Origin: a virus
DNA: 57,663 nucleotides
IMG/VR virus record: IMGVR_UViG_3300045988_060146
Strand: one strand, 5' to 3'
The position numbers and the translations under genes are program-made. Of this stretch, positions 53,767-57,663 are shown in pieces. Position 1 is the stretch's first letter, and each line of letters opens with the position of its first letter. The notes under the pieces were generated by a model. It searched no databases. It was not told where the DNA came from and saw nothing but the letters and a program-made list of their open reading frames with translations.

Positions 53767-54118
53767 ATAATGAGGGTGAAGTCTAAGGAGTGGCAACACC
53801 CTCCGGAGATATAAATTTGTATGTGCTGTAGGAAAAGAACTAACGAAACCTACAGCAAAGGACATGTGAGGAATTGCACCTCACCTAAGACTCATATGAT
53901 TTGAGTTGCCCTAGTTTAACAATTAATTAAAGGGGGTATATATGTCTACTCTGCCTGTTACAGATGTCTTTGCGACAGGTTGGTTTTCACGCTCGTGCAT
54001 TGTGGGATTATGCACGATTAAACCCTCACGAGCCTTGTGACGGCTCTTAACAGCTTTCCACTATGAGGGTGAAAGGAACTACTAAGTCCAATGTCGGGGA
54101 ACCAAGTAAACCCCGAAC

Positions 54119-54189
54119 AGGGCATGTTGGATTTGAACCAACGAATGCGGGAATCAAAATCCCGTGCCTTACTGCTTGGCGAATGCCCT
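54119..54189 (-). tRNA. tRNA-Gln (anticodon UUG)
   Basis: Acceptor AGGGCAU/AUGCCCU, anticodon arm CGGGA-UUUUGAU-UCCCG, T arm GUUGG-UUCAAAU-CCAAC. Resembles E. coli tRNA-Gln. Confidence 0.88.
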
Positions 54190-54193
54190 ATAT

Positions 54194-54352
54194 TTACTGC
54201 CACATGAAAGCTATGGCAAGTATCTGACCGAACATTACAGCAATGCCAATGAGCCTTGTGCTAACTGCCACTTTTCCGTTTAATGTGGCGTTTGCCATTC
54301 CAAAAGCAATTAATGCTAGCCATACTGTTGTTGCAATTTTTAATACAAACAT
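54194..54352 (-). CDS. Small two-TM membrane protein (52 aa)
   Basis: GAGGTG RBS. Product MFVLKIATTVWLALIAFGMANATLNGKVAVSTRLIGIAVMFGQILAIAFMWQ. Below the ORF-track cutoff. Confidence 0.4.
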   Translation of the reverse strand: MFVLKIATTVWLALIAFGMANATLNGKVAVSTRLIGIAVMFGQILAIAFMWQ

Positions 54353-54369
54353 GATTTACACCTCAAAAT

Positions 54370-54819
54370 CTAATTATCTTCATTTTCTTTCAATACTGAC
54401 TCGGCTATGCACGCAAGAACTAAAAACACTATTGAAACAGCCATTGAGCATCGGTCAGAAAAGAGTATTCCATAAAACATGCAGAATAAAATTATCCATG
54501 TATACAGGCCCTTAAGAAACATTGGCATGAATTTATAAACAATCTTGTCGAAAATCTTCCATCTGCGCTTAGATTTAAGCTCGCAAGCCTTAACTGTGTA
54601 CCATGCTGCTTTACTCATGTCCTCAGTTACAGAACCTTTATGCCCGGCACGATATTCATACTTGTATGCAGTAATCTCACACCATTTAGCCACATCCTTA
54701 AGTCCGTAAATGTCAATCATTTCATCAATGCACTCTTTACGATTAGGCAAATTATAGTGGCTAGGGTGATTTATCATTTCGGAATTAATTTTGTTAGACT
54801 CAAATCCTGTTAATTTCAT
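54370..54819 (-). CDS. DUF3310-family protein fused to a C-terminal membrane domain
   Basis: INHPSHYN...ECIDEM...WCEITAYKYEYRAGHK...DMSKAAWY, then 2 TM segments. Confidence 0.6.
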   Translation of the reverse strand: MKLTGFESNKINSEMINHPSHYNLPNRKECIDEMIDIYGLKDVAKWCEITAYKYEYRAGHKGSVTEDMSKAAWYTVKACELKSKRRWKIFDKIVYKFMPMFLKGLYTWIILFCMFYGILFSDRCSMAVSIVFLVLACIAESVLKENEDN

Positions 54820-55090
54820 AGCTGTTAGCTCCTTTACTGTTATATATTATATATAACTAATATTTTATCGTAGTTGTATGTATATATATTATTATTGTGT
54901 ATGTTGTTTAATTAATATATAACTTATGTTATAATAATAAATACTGCTTGGTGCGATTGAGGTATGGGTAAAGGCCTTTTTGTCTTGGCGGATATTTTGG
55001 GGGCTAAGTGGGGCGGTTTTTCACTTTTCATATACACCCCTAGGGCACCCAATGCGTGCGCCGTTCAGCTCTCAAACATCAAGCATTTTA

Positions 55091-55115
55091 AATTGTATCT
55101 ATTGCATATACAATT
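55091..55115. repeat. 25-bp palindromic element, copy 1
   Basis: AATTGTATCTATTGCATATACAATT with 8-bp arms AATTGTAT/ATACAATT. Confidence 0.6.
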
Positions 55116-55209
55116 CATCTATACCCTTTCAACTCTTCGCTAAACAACTGTTTTGTGCATAGTTGCAATAATTCGACAGCCCTCAAAGCCTTATAAATCA
55201 AGGGATTAG

Positions 55210-55234
55210 AATTGTATGTATTGTATATACAATT
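55210..55234. repeat. 25-bp palindromic element, copy 2 (overlaps the terS stop codon)
   Basis: AATTGTATGTATTGTATATACAATT; 23/25 identical to copy 1. Confidence 0.6.
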
Positions 55235-55859
55235 ACTTGGCATTATCAACCATGTTATCGCCTGTTAATGCTTTAATATTCTGACTATTTGCACCGCCTA
55301 ACTGTGGTAATTCGTTGGCGCTTAATGCTCGCGCTTGCTGTCTGCTATCGCTTGTGTATGGTGAAGCCCAGCCGTAACGCCTGTTGAGTATTGCAATTAC
55401 TCCCACAGGATTCTTTGCTCCGGTCACGAGCTTATTGGACAAACTTTCTTCCTGATATTTTCTCAGTTTTTCCAAAATTTCCGATGCGGTCGAGCTTAGC
55501 GTATTCTTCCCCCAATCATAAATAGTACTATCAGGAATACCAGTTAATGAACTAAAACCCAATATACTGACCTCTTTATCATATTTCATGCACATATCAT
55601 AGATATATATATCTAATACATACATTACTAATTCAAAATTATAACTATTATAATTACTCTCTTTAAATACTTTATTGTTTGTATTATAGTTATCTTTAGA
55701 TTTAAAATAATTACTATCAAATAACTTTTTTTGAATATAATACAAAGCACTATTCCATACGCTTTGAGACTCTTTTTTTATATCCTCAATCTTATTTACT
55801 TCACAAAATTCATTTAGATAAAATAATAAATCATTTTCATAAATCTCAATATCTGACAT
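55233..55859 (-). CDS. terS: Terminase small subunit (GP3_package-like)
   Basis: HTH ILGFSSLTGIPDSTIYDWGKN, then KLVTGAKNPVGVIAILNRRYGW (compare the ..iFLLKNnFGW motif). Start MSDIEIY after GGGGGATG. Confidence 0.65.
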   Translation of the reverse strand: MSDIEIYENDLLFYLNEFCEVNKIEDIKKESQSVWNSALYYIQKKLFDSNYFKSKDNYNTNNKVFKESNYNSYNFELVMYVLDIYIYDMCMKYDKEVSILGFSSLTGIPDSTIYDWGKNTLSSTASEILEKLRKYQEESLSNKLVTGAKNPVGVIAILNRRYGWASPYTSDSRQQARALSANELPQLGGANSQNIKALTGDNMVDNAK

Positions 55860-55962
55860 GTAACACATCCCCCAAAAAGCCAAAATAAAAAGCCCACACC
55901 GCTTGGAGTAATTCCAAACAGTACGGGCAACCGGCTTCCGCTTATTAATTAAATTTAAATTA

Positions 55963-55991
55963 ATAATAATCAAATATACTTATTTTGTCAA
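55963..55991 (-). promoter_or_regulatory. Sigma-A-like promoter upstream of terS
   Basis: Minus strand reads TTGACA, 17 nt, TATTAT in an AT-rich block. Confidence 0.5.
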
Positions 55992-56070
55992 TACATAGAG
56001 CTATTGGACATATAACAATAACTGTATTGATTAATATATACCACATCACACATATATATTAATTATATAT

Positions 56071-56099
56071 AAAATAAAAAGCCGGTCATAAAAACCGAC
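56071..56099 (-). terminator. Rho-independent terminator (minus strand)
   Basis: GUCGG-9 nt-CCGGC followed by UUUUUAUUUU. Confidence 0.55.
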
Positions 56100-56244
56100 T
56101 TAAAAAAGCGCTTGCTATTGTGCCAAACTGTGGTAAAATAAGAATGTCTTTACAGGCGGATGGGCTTGTAAAAGGGGCTGTTTACCAATTCCGAACAGCC
56201 ACGGATTGAAAAAATAATATTTTAAATAATGCTTTTTCAAGCAT

Positions 56245-56271
56245 TAAAAAAGAGGGGCTTTAATCCCCTCT
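56245..56271 (-). terminator. Rho-independent terminator overlapping the stop codon of 56260..56559
   Basis: AGAGGGG-7 nt-CCCCUCU followed by UUUUUAAUG. Confidence 0.65.
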
Positions 56272-56559
56272 TTTGTCGTTTTTACCGGCTCCATAGCAAT
56301 TATAAAATGCTTCTGTTAAAGCCCCCAATTGCTCCGGCGTTAGCTCTTCTTTTAGCTCATCCGGTATCCACTTATAAGAGCTGCTGAAGCTGTCGGCACA
56401 AGTACCGATTTTACAAGCCTCTTTAACTTTTTGCAACTTGTACATTTCTCCGAGTTCTTCCGTGGTTATATCTCCACTTTTAACAGCTTTTCTGCCCTCT
56501 GCAGTTAATATCTCCATAGCCTTGTTTTTTGCTACGGTTCCAATTCCTTTTATTCTCAT
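56260..56559 (-). CDS. Hypothetical protein (99 aa)
   Basis: GGAGGTATAAAGAAT RBS. Confidence 0.5.
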   Translation of the reverse strand: MRIKGIGTVAKNKAMEILTAEGRKAVKSGDITTEELGEMYKLQKVKEACKIGTCADSFSSSYKWIPDELKEELTPEQLGALTEAFYNCYGAGKNDKRGD

Positions 56560-56578
56560 ATTCTTTATACCTCCAATT

Positions 56579-56752
56579 TTAAAAATCTACTTGACTACCT
56601 TCTAGAATTTCATCGTTGATTAAATCCCACTTTGCAAAGTAGCCAGTTTTTCCTTGGCTTGTTAGCTCTTTAACTCTTTTGTTTACTTCTTTTTTGGTGC
56701 TGTAAATTTCTTCATTGTTACCGGAGATAACAATATAATCATAGCTTTTCAC
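56579..56752 (-). CDS. Hypothetical protein (57 aa, GTG start)
   Basis: GAGGTGGGAAAAA before the GTG. Product VKSYDYIVISGNNEEIYSTKKEV... Below the ORF-track cutoff. Confidence 0.4.
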   Translation of the reverse strand: MKSYDYIVISGNNEEIYSTKKEVNKRVKELTSQGKTGYFAKWDLINDEILEGSQVDF

Positions 56753-56844
56753 TTTTTCCCACCTCGCTAGTTAAACTGTTTCTTTGCTACGACATTATAT
56801 TAACATATTAAATACATAAATGCAATACATAATTGCAATAATTT

Positions 56845-57066
56845 TTAAAATGGGCACTCATTGTTATTGTTATTGTTTTCCAGCTCGTCCAGCTTCTCCA
56901 ATACTAATTGGTTTACAAATCCGTTAATTGTCAGCCCCTGTGCTTGTATTCGGTCTTTTGTGCCTTTTGGCAAAGTAACGCTTATTCTGTCGTAGCTCTC
57001 TCTTATTCTGTCGTTCTGCTTTTGTATACGCTTCTTGTAATTTTCTATTATTTTTTTCTCATCCAT
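56845..57066 (-). CDS. Ribbon-helix-helix (Arc/CopG-like) DNA-binding protein
   Basis: DRISVTLPKGTKDRIQAQGLTINGFVNQLVLEKL. Divergent from the plus-strand promoter. Confidence 0.5.
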   Translation of the reverse strand: MDEKKIIENYKKRIQKQNDRIRESYDRISVTLPKGTKDRIQAQGLTINGFVNQLVLEKLDELENNNNNNECPF

Positions 57067-57250
57067 TTTTCACGCCTCATTATATAAATTAATAATATCA
57101 ATAATCACTGGCAATAATACTATAAATAATATTGCTATACATAAATATATAATAATTAAATTATTATGTCAATAACAATCCATTACATAATATAAATAAT
57201 AATAGTTATTTCTTATTATATGCATTAATCCATTTATTATTGATTTTATT

Positions 57251-57266
57251 ATTACATTAATGTAAT
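57251..57266. promoter_or_regulatory. Perfect 16-bp palindrome ATTACATTAATGTAAT (operator candidate)
   Basis: Shares ATTACAT with the exact 10-mers CATTACATAA at 57181 and 57304. Confidence 0.45.
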
Positions 57267-57299
57267 TAATTTTTATTGCAATATTTTTTAATTTATGTA

Positions 57300-57328
57300 T
57301 TGACATTACATAAATGCAGTGATATTAT
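57300..57328 (+). promoter_or_regulatory. Sigma-A promoter (extended -10) of the junction-crossing plus-strand operon
   Basis: TTGACA, 17 nt, TATTAT with TG at -15/-14. CATTACATAA overlaps the -35 box and spacer. Confidence 0.6.
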
Positions 57329-57389
57329 AATGTCAAGCCGAAAGGCAAGGAACAAAATAACATTTTATTAAATATGGAGGTGCTTTTAT

Positions 57390-57530
57390 ATGGAAAGAAT
57401 CAAAGAGTTAGAAAATGAATTAACAAAAGTTTGCGGCACTCACGAAAATGATTGCTCCAAGTGCCCAAAACAAAAAGAATGTGAAGAATATTGTAAATTG
57501 GCGCAGATTTACGAAATAGTAAACAGATAA
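57390..57530 (+). CDS. Small Cys-rich protein (46 aa)
   Basis: GGAGGTG RBS. Product MERIKELENELTKVCGTHENDCSKCPKQKECEEYCKLAQIYEIVNR. Confidence 0.45.
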   Translation: MERIKELENELTKVCGTHENDCSKCPKQKECEEYCKLAQIYEIVNR

Positions 57531-57546
57531 GAAAGAGGGTCTAAAT

Positions 57547-57663
57547 ATGAAAACAAACGATACAATCAAAGTACATTTATACGATTTGCACAATAAGGAG
57601 ATACAAACCAGAAACTATGGCAAGGTTTTTCGTGTGTACGAAAAAGCCGGAAAACTTGGAATC
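57547..57663 (+). CDS. Hypothetical protein, 5' part of the junction-spanning gene (continues at nt 56..208)
   Basis: AGAGGG RBS and ATG at 57547. The frame is continuous across the circular junction. Confidence 0.6.
   Translation, partial: MKTNDTIKVHLYDLHNKEIQTRNYGKVFRVYEKAGKLGI
57609..57663 (+). repeat. 55-nt terminal duplication of nt 1-55 (circular-contig overlap)
   Basis: Read directly: cagaaactatggcaaggtttttcgtgtgtacgaaaaagccggaaaacttggaatc occurs at both ends. Confidence 0.95.

Larger units (their letters stand above)
1..57663. mobile_element. Complete circular genome of a temperate siphovirus-like phage (unique length 57,608 bp)
   Basis: 55-nt identical ends. Integrase/excisionase, XRE switch, replication/recombination, terS/terL, portal, capsid, tape measure, fibre, holin and endolysin are all present. 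No sheath gene. Confidence 0.85.

Noticed and set aside
52545-54193. Suppressor tRNAs and stop-codon reassignment, as seen in some gut phages.
   Set aside because: All large genes (tape measure, terL, portal, tail tip) are intact under the standard code. No canonical tRNA with a CUA, UCA or UUA anticodon was found; only a poorly formed cloverleaf has a UCA-centred loop. Reading through the TGA in the MBL gene would hit a TAA 10 codons later.
53674-54203. Track ORFs 53674..53865 and 54018..54203 (minus strand).
   Set aside because: They run through tRNA-Asn and tRNA-Gln and the structured spacer. They have no RBS and implausible sequences.

Overview
The window is a complete, circularly closed genome of a temperate siphovirus-like phage. 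Nt 1-55 are identical to nt 57609-57663, so the unique length is 57,608 bp and one gene wraps the junction. GGAGG-type ribosome-binding sites, low GC and a Cheo-type (GAAC-N4-GTTC) LexA box point to a Bacillota (probably Clostridia) host. Almost all genes are on the minus strand. Reading downwards, the order is: RHH regulator, terS, DUF3310 gene, a 1.6-kb tRNA/tRNA-like array, about 18 small ORFs, terL, portal, head genes, connector genes with an embedded holin pair, major tail, chaperones with a T_TTT_TTA -1 slip site, GH25 endolysin, tape measure, tail tip proteins and fibre. These are followed by an XRE-type immunity region, antirepressor, recombination module (SbcC-like ATPase, RecT-like, split MBL nuclease, SSB), replication module, excisionase, tyrosine integrase and a putative attP. 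After attP comes a 3.3-kb cargo block of unusual Cys/Gly/Tyr-rich and BclA-C-like proteins. A short plus-strand operon crosses the contig junction. The points most worth follow-up are:
- a start-less alternative fibre C-terminus, tail-to-tail with the fibre gene and bounded by in-frame inverted repeats (candidate invertible host-range cassette);
- aberrant tRNA-like elements and highly structured spacers in the tRNA array;
- the attP-proximal cargo module;
- an SOS-box promoter driving a 34-aa ORF next to the repressor operon;
- lysis genes scattered inside the structural operon;
- terS lying 7 kb from terL;
- an MBL gene interrupted just downstream of an HNH endonuclease.
All calls come from reading the sequence and from motif recall. 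No database search or RNA folding was run.
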